Part shown: piece after piece, positions 18,899-28,800 of the stretch
How positions within the stretch are numbered: position 1 is the stretch's first letter
How the letters are laid out: every line of letters starts with the position of its first letter
DNA from: a virus
Lineage: Duplodnaviria > Caudoviricetes
Virus record (IMG/VR): IMGVR_UViG_3300034072_002238
Span: 1 to 60,534 of that record
Reading direction: 5' to 3' (one strand)
DNA length: 60,534 nucleotides
Notes under the pieces: generated by a model
Database searches by the model: none
The model's input: only the letters and a program-made list of their open reading frames with translations
What the model was told of the DNA's origin: nothing
Position numbers and translations under genes: made by a program

Positions 18899-20241
18899 TG
18901 GCTAATATTGGGATTGGCCTTGGTGGATTCATGGAAGGTTTTCAGGGTGGCATGCGCGCCCGGGCCGCCATTGACGATCGCAAGCGACAGAAGATCCTCG
19001 ATGAGAGGCAGGACACTGAATACAACCGCTCCGTCAAGCAGCGCGACGAGATTTCGGCTATCAACACCCAAGCGCAGACCGAATTTCAGAGCCGGGTCGG
19101 AGCAGGGACCGCCAAGCCTGATCAGTTCGACCAGTTCTGGTCCGACTACGCCCTGCCAAAACTCAAGAACACGTACCTGTCGCAGGGCAACCTTGAGATG
19201 GCCGAGAAAGTGCAGGCTTGGGGTGACAGCGAGGACACGCGCGCCGGTGCAAAACTCGCCATGAGCGCCATCACCAAGGCACAGACCGGCGATGCCGCAG
19301 GCGCTCTGGCGGATGCGATGGAAGCCGGGAAGCGTAAGGGCTATCTGTCGCATGGCTTCGAAATCTTGGGGCAGGACACCATCGTTGATCCGGAGGGGAA
19401 ACTCCAGGGCTACAGGCTGCAGATGAAAGGTGCCGACGGCAAGGAGCTCACGCAGGATCTGCCGCTGGCCCAGGTGCCAAAGCTGATCGCCACATACCTC
19501 AACCCCGAGGCGGCCTGGCAGTCGCAGGTCGCCGCTCAGGGTGACGAGGCAAAGCGCCAGACCGAGCTTCGGACCTATGAGGACAAGAAGAAGATCGACA
19601 AGCAGTACGGCACCGGAGAGAACAAATCTCGCGGCGACGCCATCACCGCGTTGCGCAAACGCATGGATGGAGGCCTCGCTGGTGATGAGCCGAAGTTTGA
19701 CGATCTGCCCCGCGAAGAGCAGGAGAAGATGATTTCGCAGGAGGTCGAGCTGCAGAGCGGGCAGACCGGGCTTGGTGCGCCGGCGGGCGCCGCACCGCCC
19801 GCAGACACGTCCGGCCGTAAGGTCCTTGTCGACACCGCAACAGGGCAGCCGGTTCCACCGGCGCGCTCGCAAGCATCTCCATCATCGGCGCCCGCTACCA
19901 GACCGCAGCAAACAGGCGGAGAGCCTGAAAAGCGCGGCTGGCTGGGCGGCCTTGTCGACACTGCAAAGGCGGGATTGGCTCGCGAGGCCGACACACTGCG
20001 CGGCCGCAACACCGGCCAGTCGCAAGCCGGCCAGGAGCGGCAGCCACCCAAGGAAACGCGTGAGGACCGTGTTTCGTATCTGCTGGGTGCCGCAGAAGCG
20101 GCGATCAAGGATGGCGCGGTTCCGGAGCGTATTGCGGATGAGCTCGCTCAGAATGGCGTGCCGCAGGAGGCTTGGCCGGCTGCGCTTCGGCAGGCGTTGG
20201 CTCAGCGGCAGCGAGGGGCGGTGGGGCTTGGGTCGCAGTAG
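18898..20241 (+). CDS. putative internal virion (ejection) protein
   Basis: Gly-rich amphipathic N-terminus then coiled coil; synteny. Confidence 0.55.
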   Translation: MANIGIGLGGFMEGFQGGMRARAAIDDRKRQKILDERQDTEYNRSVKQRDEISAINTQAQTEFQSRVGAGTAKPDQFDQFWSDYALPKLKNTYLSQGNLEMAEKVQAWGDSEDTRAGAKLAMSAITKAQTGDAAGALADAMEAGKRKGYLSHGFEILGQDTIVDPEGKLQGYRLQMKGADGKELTQDLPLAQVPKLIATYLNPEAAWQSQVAAQGDEAKRQTELRTYEDKKKIDKQYGTGENKSRGDAITALRKRMDGGLAGDEPKFDDLPREEQEKMISQEVELQSGQTGLGAPAGAAPPADTSGRKVLVDTATGQPVPPARSQASPSSAPATRPQQTGGEPEKRGWLGGLVDTAKAGLAREADTLRGRNTGQSQAGQERQPPKETREDRVSYLLGAAEAAIKDGAVPERIADELAQNGVPQEAWPAALRQALAQRQRGAVGLGSQ

Positions 20242-20252
20242 CCCTGAGAAGC

Positions 20253-20834
20253 TTATTGCAGTCTCGGTGGTTGCGTCTCCATATACTGCGCCCCGATGTA
20301 TAGCGTTATGTTCCCTGTCCATCTGTCCAAAACGTAAGCTGCTGGCCGTTCACCTGCGGGCGCCGGCACGGTTTCGTACCGAAGCATCCAAGCTAGCCCG
20401 ACGAGAACGATCACCCCAATCAATGGCCACGATTGTCTGACGGCGGTAGAAAGTCTCTGCATTTGATTGTTCTCTGATCTCTCGGCGCTCGTCGCTGTTG
20501 GCGCCGAAACTAATACTGGCTGGTCGGCCTCTTGGATAGCTTCCCTGTGTGCCCGAGGGCTGCCAGGGAAGTAAATCAGCATGACCACTGTGACCACCAC
20601 AGCCACCACAAAGATGCTAAACATCCCCTGATCCATGAACTGCTGCGGAGTGTCGTATTTCCCGACGGCAAGCAGGACGCATGCAACCAGAGAAGCGGCC
20701 ATCGCTCTGAGTGCGGCAACCGCCGTCGGTGTCTTCTTGCTCTTGTTGTAGATGCCCCACCAGCAGAATACTCCCACAAGCAGCACTGCAGGAGCCGGAA
20801 ACAGGAAGGCCGTCAGTAGCTGATTAGCCATCAT
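20253..20834 (-). CDS. multi-pass membrane protein (moron, possible superinfection exclusion)
   Basis: Four hydrophobic segments; C-terminal LDRWTG motif; downstream of Arc-like gene. Confidence 0.6.
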   Translation of the reverse strand: MMANQLLTAFLFPAPAVLLVGVFCWWGIYNKSKKTPTAVAALRAMAASLVACVLLAVGKYDTPQQFMDQGMFSIFVVAVVVTVVMLIYFPGSPRAHREAIQEADQPVLVSAPTATSAERSENNQMQRLSTAVRQSWPLIGVIVLVGLAWMLRYETVPAPAGERPAAYVLDRWTGNITLYIGAQYMETQPPRLQ

Positions 20835-21084
20835 TTTTGGCCTCGTCCCCCTTTGTCTCAGCCAGCACGCGCCGAACGGCCCTCTCGACAATCTCCTGCA
20901 TTTTTCCGTCTGGAAAGGTCCTCTCTGGAAGAGAGCCATACCTGAGCGTCATCTCCAGCCGAGCGATGATTTCCGCGTTCAGGCTGCGCATATTGTCGGC
21001 CGCATGTTGCTTCAGTGCGTCGCGCATTCCGTCTGGGAATCGCAGTACATACTTGTCTTCACTCTGGGGCGACCGATCTTTCAT
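20824..21084 (-). CDS. Arc/Mnt-family ribbon-helix-helix repressor
   Basis: DKYVLRFPDGMRDALK..AADNMRSLNAEIIARL. Confidence 0.9.
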   Translation of the reverse strand: MKDRSPQSEDKYVLRFPDGMRDALKQHAADNMRSLNAEIIARLEMTLRYGSLPERTFPDGKMQEIVERAVRRVLAETKGDEAKNDG

Positions 21085-21086
21085 AT

Positions 21087-21158
21087 TGGCTATGAGCCAT
21101 AGTTTCCCTCTTGACGCAATGATGGCTATCAGCCACTATCGAATATGGCTATTAGCCA
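21087..21158. promoter_or_regulatory. Three TGGCTAT(N)AGCCA operators between divergent Arc genes
   Basis: 21087-21099, 21123-21135, 21146-21158; TTGACG at 21111. Confidence 0.8.
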
Positions 21159-21186
21159 TATTTGTTGGCAATGTTGAGGAGCGTCA

Positions 21187-21360
21187 ATGTACCCCAGCCA
21201 AACTGCAGACAAGCTTATGCTGCGCTTGCCTGAAGGGCTTCGTCAAAAGGTCAAGATCGAGGCTGCGATGAACAACAGAAGCATGAATGCAGAGGTGATT
21301 TATCACCTGCAGCGCGCCTATGAAGGCGCACAAAACGAAAAGAGCGGGACCACGGCCTGA
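21187..21360 (+). CDS. Arc-family repressor, 57 aa (not in ORF track)
   Basis: MYPSQTADKLMLRLPEGLRQKVKIEAAMNNRSMNAEVIYHL; GAGGAG SD. Confidence 0.85.
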   Translation: MYPSQTADKLMLRLPEGLRQKVKIEAAMNNRSMNAEVIYHLQRAYEGAQNEKSGTTA

Positions 21361-21379
21361 GAACCGTCCCGCTCTTTTC
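21337..21379 (+). terminator. 14-bp perfect stem-loop spanning the arc stop codon
   Basis: GAAAAGAGCGGGAC ... GTCCCGCTCTTTTC. Confidence 0.55.
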
Positions 21380-21409
21380 TCCACATCACCCTTAGAAAAG
21401 GAATGCGCT

Positions 21410-21775
21410 ATGGAAAATAGCAGCAAGCGCCTCGGCGCGCAACCACGTCACCCCGGCCAATCCCGGCGAACCATTTTGAAGCTTGCAGCAGCGGCGCCGC
21501 TCGCGTCGTTGCCGATTGCCACCGCTACCGAGACTGTCCTACCCATCGCATCGGCGCCCGTCCCGCCAGCCATGGCCGGCTACTACGCCTTCCTCCTGTT
21601 GGAACTGGCCGAGATCGAGGATTTGTACGGGCTGCCGGAGATGGATCTCGCCACGGCCCAAGCCGGCGCCGAGCGTGGCGCCGCATTGCAGGGCGATACC
21701 ACTGTCGACATGCGCAACAAATGGCTGTCCATCTACGCCGACACGCGCGCTGCTTTCGCCCGAAAGGAGGCGTGA
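21410..21775 (+). CDS. hypothetical protein with twin-arginine-like motif
   Basis: SRRTILKLAAAAPLA; AAGGA SD. Confidence 0.55.
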   Translation: MENSSKRLGAQPRHPGQSRRTILKLAAAAPLASLPIATATETVLPIASAPVPPAMAGYYAFLLLELAEIEDLYGLPEMDLATAQAGAERGAALQGDTTVDMRNKWLSIYADTRAAFARKEA

Positions 21776-22020
21776 TCAATGATCTTCTCCAAACAAGACT
21801 TGTTCCCGGCGATGCCCGCCGTCGCCACGCCAGAGGGCAAGTGATGATCCGCAAGAACATGGGGGCGACGTATGACGATTGCCTCAGGATCACCGCGCGT
21901 CGATCCGTGTGGATGGTCTTGTACCTTCGCGCGCGTCGAACCGGCGATAGGCTCAAGGGCTTCTATCGTCGGCAGGCACTGGCCCACGAAGCGCAGTGGC
22001 GCAAAGAAACGGAGGCATAA
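21772..22020 (+). CDS. hypothetical protein (start uncertain)
   Basis: GTGA overlap after AGGAGG; ends with SD for the HNH gene. Confidence 0.4.
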   Translation: MINDLLQTRLVPGDARRRHARGQVMIRKNMGATYDDCLRITARRSVWMVLYLRARRTGDRLKGFYRRQALAHEAQWRKETEA

Positions 22021-22818
22021 ATGACATGCGGCTGCCTTGTCGAGGGCTGCGAGCGTCCGCACAAAGCTCGAGGCTGGTGCCATCTGCACTATCAGCAGCA
22101 TCGTCGGGCAGGTACCAGTCACGGAGGCCCGAGGAATAAAGCAGAGGATGGGGCGGTTGCAATATACCTTCGAGAAGTTGCCTTCGTCTACGAAGGCGAT
22201 GACTGTCTGCCATGGCCATTCTCAACAAATGGGCGAGGGTACGGTCGGGCTCGCCTCGACGGGAAGCCAGGTTATGCGCATGTTTTTGTTTGCGAGCACC
22301 ACTGCGGACCTAAGCCAACCCCAGAACATGAGGCAGCGCATTCATGCGGCAAGGGTCACCTGGGTTGCATCACAAAGAGGCACCTCCGTTGGGCCACTCC
22401 TCGCGAGAACTCGATGGACCGCCTTTTGCACGGGACGGACCCGCGCGGGGAGAAAAGCGCGCTAGCGAAGCTGTCCAATTCAGATGTTGAAGCAATCCTC
22501 AAGAGCCGCGAAAGCCACACCAAACTTGCCGTTCGGTACGGCGTATCACTCTCCAACATCGAGTCGATCCGCTCTGGCAGGTCATGGGCCTGGATGGGCA
22601 GAGATAAAACGCCCACCGCTGAAAAAGGATATGTCAGGGGGGATAATCACCCGTCATCGAAACTGACCGAACAGGACGTCCTAGAGATCGTCAGACGTAG
22701 AAGCGTGCGGACCAGAGCCCAACTTGCTGAAGAGTATGGTACCACCTTGAGCTCGATCGACGATATCCTTTACGGGAGGTCGTGGGCTTGGCTTACCGGG
22801 GCAAAGAAACGGCGCTAA
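22021..22818 (+). CDS. HNH endonuclease with duplicated C-terminal DNA-binding module
   Basis: CLPWP..GYG..AH..H..HSCG..C..HLRWAT..EN; two GxxxxxxKL...GRSWAW repeats. Confidence 0.8.
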   Translation: MTCGCLVEGCERPHKARGWCHLHYQQHRRAGTSHGGPRNKAEDGAVAIYLREVAFVYEGDDCLPWPFSTNGRGYGRARLDGKPGYAHVFVCEHHCGPKPTPEHEAAHSCGKGHLGCITKRHLRWATPRENSMDRLLHGTDPRGEKSALAKLSNSDVEAILKSRESHTKLAVRYGVSLSNIESIRSGRSWAWMGRDKTPTAEKGYVRGDNHPSSKLTEQDVLEIVRRRSVRTRAQLAEEYGTTLSSIDDILYGRSWAWLTGAKKRR

Positions 22819-25800
22819 TAAATCCGAGCCGGCATTGCCGCTCTCAACCGCTGGCTCAGGATCTCGTTCTGGATCACAACGCCATCCTCGCGCTTCGCAG
22901 CATTCCGCTGCCGCGTCTTGATCGACCGCTTTAGCGTGTCACCGGTGATCGGGATGGCGCTGTGAACCGGCTTTTTGTTGAACGCCTTCACCCGGTCCAG
23001 CGCTTCCGCCACGCCTTCCTTGTCGCCAGCAATCGCTGCCATGGCCCAGGCGTTCACGATCCGCTGCCGATCATCCATGACACGTTGCTCGGCATTCTTG
23101 AGTGCACCGGAGCGCTCCCAGGTTTCAGACACGACGGCGGGGGAGATCCCCATAGCCTGGGCCACGGCGCCGTGAATGCCGATCTGCTCGGCCGGCAACA
23201 GCTCATCGCCCCGGATCGACTGCAGCCCCTCGTTGGCATAGCGGAACGCCTTCATCGGATCGCGGATGAACTTGGGTGCCGCGACCTCGATGCCGCGGGC
23301 CACGTCGCCCTCCATGACAAGCGATGCGCCACGGAACCACTGTTCGCCAATCCCGGCTGTCGCGCCCAGTGCCTGGCTGAGCCAGAACTGCCACTCCTCC
23401 TTGCCCTGCAGATCCTGCCCCGGAGAGCGGAACCACAAGTCCGGCATGCCAATTCGGCTGGTGAGATCGACGCCGAGGTAATGTCCAGGCACCCCCTTAA
23501 GCACAACGCCGCCCAGCTCCGGCCCAAGGATGTCGAGCACATCGGCTTTGAACCGTTCCTCGAATTCCATCGGATCATCGTCATCTCCAAATATCATGCC
23601 GGCGACCGCCATCATGAGATTGAAGCCGAACGTGCCGGTGACGCCTGCCATCAGCGTCATCATCCCCGTTACGCCGGCCAGCTGGTACCGAGCCTCGCGC
23701 CGAGCCTGCGCGCTCTCGCCCTTCACAGACTGATGGATATCCCGGAACATGCGGTAAAGCATATTCACGCTGTACGAGCGAAAGACCAGCGCCACCTTAG
23801 CAAAGTCGTTTTGCATGAAACGCGGTCTCGATGAATTACTAAAGTCAAAATGGACGCGATAGGTCAGATCATGGGCGCTGTCGATCGCGTCAAGATGGCT
23901 CTGCCCCGACTTGCGCGCCAGACGATAGGCAGCAAGCGCCGTCGCCTCGCGGTTCCAAACTTCGGTGTTGTGGAACGCCCAGGACATGACGCCCATGACA
24001 CGGGCCCGGAGCGGCGAATATTTCACGCCCGTGTCGCCCACGCCGGCGAGATCATGGCTCTGGGTCCGGTCGATCATGCCGCTGCGATAGAACGCATCGA
24101 CGGCCGCCATCTCCTCGCGGGTCAGGTTGGCGTTTCGCACGCTGCCCTTGCCGCTGATCAGGTCCGACGACGCCTTTGCCACTTCGACGCTGGCCCGGCC
24201 AAGACCGCCGAAACGTGCGCCAAGGATCGGGAGGCCCATCATGAACGTTTGCGTCAGGTTAAGCACGGCCGCTGCCGGTGAGGCAGCGAGGAACCAGACG
24301 AACGCCGTGCTGGTCATGGTCTGGGCGACCGATCCACCGGTCGGGTTCATGACCCACTTGTGCCGCGACGCCAACTCGTTAGCCAGCCGCATCGCGCGGG
24401 TCTGATCATCGGCTGCCTCGGCCTGGTCAAACGTCGTGTTGACCAGTTCCTGCAGCTCGAGACCGTATTTCAGCTTCGCCATCTGATGCGCGGCGTGGAA
24501 CATGTGCGACGAGAACACGCGCAGCGCATCCGTGTCATAGCCGGCCGTGCCCTTGCGGTGCATGTAGCGCTTGCGCATCGACAGCTCGGGCAGCGTTTCT
24601 ATGTACCTGGCCCAAACAGCCCCCATGACATCGTTATCGACCCCGGCATTGCCAAGCAGCTGCTCCACTTCGGCCACCATGCGCGGGTCCATGGCGGCAC
24701 GGGGATCGCTCATCTCCTTCATCACGCCTTTGGTGATCGCAGCGCCGGGATAGTCTCGCTGGATGTCCCGTGCGAACCGGTCGCGATCCGCAGCGCGCTC
24801 GAATTTTGAGAAGCTGATCACACTGCCGTCGACATCCTTGGCCGTGACGTAATACTGCCCGAAGCGACCGAGGGGGAAATACGGAGCCGGGACACGGTTG
24901 CTCTCGAACTGGATGCGCAACTTGGTAAGCCGAGCCTTGGCAGACCAGTCCATTTTCGTGCTTTCGGACTTATACCGGCTGGCCGCATCCTCTTCCGCCT
25001 TGCGGCGGTCGATCGGGTTCATCTTCGCGTTGCGGATTTCTTCCAGCTTCTGCTTGTACCGGGTTTCGGCCTGATCCTTCGCGATCTGCTGCGACTTGCG
25101 GACATTGTCGAGCAGGATCTGGTCGAGTTCGTCGGCCTGGGCACGGTAGGCATCGCGCACCTTGGCAAACAGTTCCTTGCCTGCCGGCGCCAACGCCTGG
25201 TACCGCTTGCGCAGAATGTCATATCCAGCCTTGGCCTTCGTCTCGTCGTCGGTCAGGCTGGGATCGATCCCGGCAAGCGTGCTCTCGTGCATCAGGTTTG
25301 CCAGTTCCTGCGCCTTGGCCTTGTTCGCCTTCCCGAAACCAAGCCGCATGTATTTCAGCCAGTCGCCTGCGATCGCGTCTGCCTCGGCATGCTTGTCGCC
25401 GCGATAGGCATCCATGAGACGCTTTACGCCCATGTATTCCTTCACAGCAGTCATGTTTGGCCGCGCGAGCTCGACGAAATAGTTGAGTGGGACGGTGGCG
25501 AGCACCGACGGGTTCAGATCGGTCCACTTGCCGCTGATCGCCTCGACGATGCTGTTTTCGGAAATGCGGCGGGTGCCGGTCAGACGCCGAGCGTTTCGAC
25601 CTTGCGCAGTCGCTTGATAGTCTCCCGGGCTTCCTTCAGATAGGCCGCCTTGTCCACGAAGTTCTCCGACATCGATTCCAGCGTCTTGAGCCACTGCTCC
25701 CAGCTCTGCAACGTGTCGAAGGGGCTCGGTGGGTCGATAAAACCCGGCATCAGAAGGCGGCGTTGTTCTGCGCTCATCGAGTATTGTCCTTGCCAGTTTA

Positions 25801-28800
25801 AGCGCAGCCTTGTCGATGAAGTTTTCCAACATCGGTATATTAGAGATAGTATACGGCTGCGTGTTGATTAAATCAATGATGCCGGCGCGCCGAACCACCT
25901 CCGCCACAATGCTGTGGTGCGCCTCCTGAGCCTGCTCGGCAGTGATCGTCTTGGCTTCGACGCTTGACTGCAAAAGGAAACGCAGACCGTTGCCAACATC
26001 CTTGAAGGCTGCCTGAAGGCGGCTCATCGTCATGGTGAGGTCGTGAACTGATCCGTCCGTTGCCAAGGCGGCGCGCGCTTTGTCCGTGAGAGACGCGCGG
26101 CTTTCTCGACCATTGTGCCCAATAGCCCAAACCGAATAGATCCCTGGCAGGACCATCATCGACATGTCCGCAGTGCTTACCGGCCCGTTTCGAGGATGGT
26201 TGTGTACGATCACCAAGCGGCGATCAGGGTTGCTCGCGGCCTGTGCCAATGCGGTATTCAGCCCCACAAAGTTCGGCTGATCCGTAGTACCAAACTCAAT
26301 CACGCTGCCATCGTCTTCGATGGCCATGATGAATTCATTGCCGGTCTTGAGCCCGCGCTCAAGCACCGTTTCTCTGGCCCAGGTGAAGATTGGCGCCGCA
26401 GCATCGCGTTTGGGCACAGGAATGCGGCGGAACGCGCTGGTCGTTCCTACAGCCGCCTCACCGTCTGGCCGTTTTTCACGAGGCTGCAGGATCTGCGGCT
26501 GAGTGTCTGCGGCCGGTTCATTTGCGACCGCTGGCTTCGCGGGCGCAGTTGGCTCCATCACGGTCTCAGAAACGAGCTTATCCGTGCCGATCACCTTGTA
26601 GTCGTTGGCTGGCTTGAGGACGTTTATTCCGGCACGAGCCGCGGCCGTCTCCAGCGCCCTGATCGTTGCGGCAGCAGCTTGCGAAATATCGCCGCCCGTT
26701 GAGTAGCCGAAATAGGCATCGTAGCTGGAGATGCGGACGAAGCTGCCGCGCTCCTTGTCGATCAGCTTGTTCGCGCCCATGCGCGCGAAGAACTCTGCAT
26801 GGTCGCCGTTGGTGTTGTGCGTCGGTCTGATCAGGTAGAGCTTGCCTGATGGCTCAATGACAGCGGCGCCCATGCCGTCTCGTTTGGTGCTGAGCTGCTC
26901 AACGAATTTCGGTACCGAAATACGGGTGAGCAGGTCTTTGTAGATCTGCTCCTTGGTTTCGGTCAGATAGTCATCACCGTATTCGTCTTTCGGTCGCCAG
27001 CCTTCATCCTCCGTCGGCGGCGGGCTCCAGAAGACGTCATTGAACGGATTGGATGCCGGCTCATCGGTCCAGCCGCGATTGAGCCAATCCTTGAAATTAT
27101 CGAGTCTCGTTGCAGTGACCGGCCCCAGTTCCCAGCCCTTCGTGTAGTTCGCCAGATAGGCCTTCTCTGCCTCGTCCTGTGTTTGGAACCCGAGCATGAC
27201 CTTGTGCTCGTCGAACTCCCCATCGCTGCTTTCCTGGTCGACGATGAAGACAGGCGAGTTTGCTTCCAGCGTGTCCGTACCCGGTTTCACAAAGACGTCT
27301 ACATGGTCGCCGTCGCTGCCGCGCGTGCGCCGAATGTAACCGTAGTGACTACGCATCTCGACGGACCAGGCCTTGCCGTCCTTGTCCGTGCCCTTGCGCT
27401 CGGAACCAGCCGGGTTCTCGATCGAGATGTCGAGGCCGCCTAGCGTGATGCGGCCAACCTTGTAGTTCCCAGCCTCTTTCTGTGCCGGCGTAGGCTCCGG
27501 CAGATCGTTCGTTGGCGAGGTGGCAGCTTGGTTGGCTGCGTCATCAACCGTCTGCTCTGCTGGCGCATCTGCAGCGTCTGGCGCTTTCTTCGCACTCTTT
27601 CCGGGTTTGCCTTCGCCGTAGATCTGGCGGAAGGTTTCCTCATCCAGCAGCTCTGCGGCTTCATATTTGCCCTTCTCAAAGGCGATCGTTTCCAACGCTT
27701 TCAGCCGCTCTGCCTTCGACATGGAGTTGATGCGGTCCTGCGCCTCTTGGCTCAGGCTCTCGATCGGAACGCTGTCGTCTTCGGCGTTGAAGTATCTGTT
27801 TATCTCGCCATTAATCCGCGCCTCCGATTCGACGGAATTAGCCTCCGTCGAATCCTCGTCAGTCGGCGCTTCCGCTGCCGCTAACTTCTCGCTGCGCACG
27901 GTTGCCAACTTCCGCTGCATGGCGGCCGACAGATCGGCCCAAGGCGTCTTTGGTGGGCGCTTGATATTGGCCGAAATCATCGCGAGGCGGCGGCCTTCGT
28001 AGTCCAGTTCCCGGTCATACCAAGCCTGCGTCTCATCCGCTGCCGGGCTGGTGTCTGCGTCGACCACCTCACGGCGCCAGCGGGCAAGGATGTTATCCAT
28101 GACCGGAGGCATGCGCTGCGGCAGCTTCGAGTTTGCGGAGCGCACATTACGCACCATGCGCGTGGCATAGTCGTCAGCCAGCTGGCCGACGGCCTGTTCC
28201 GAAATTCCGAACTCGTTCGCCAGTGCCTTCAACGCGCGCGGATCGACCTTGTCCAGATCAAGCTGCGAAGTGCCCATAACACGCTTCGACGATTGCCGTT
28301 CTTTCCCGAGGTCAAACAGCCGGGCGTGCTTGTCATCCGGCAGCACGATAGTCTTGCCGAGAAGTGTCCGCGACGTCGGGCCTGCGTCTCCCACTTCGCG
28401 CTCAACCGGCGGATTGCGTTCGAGATCCTGCGCCTCAACCTGCTTTTCGGTGAGTTTCGAAACCTTGAGCGACGACACCGGAACCTGCAGGTCCTTGCCG
28501 TCTTCCGTGCGCACCAGAGCCTCTGTGCCACCATTCTCGTAGCCCTGCACGGTGGCGACAAACCGGCCGCCATTCTCGTCGTCGACGATGACGCTCTGCC
28601 CGGCTGTCGGCGCGCTGGGGAAGCGTTCCGTCGCCTCCTTCTGCTCCGATCGCGGCGGCAGACCCTCCGAACGCACCTCGGTCCCCACCGGCGCCATGGG
28701 TTCCAGGGCTGGGTCCGTCGAAAACTCGGGGATGGTGTCATTGATCGGCTGGGGCCCACGGTCGGGGATCGTCTCCATGGGCTTGGCGATCTGCGTCAGG

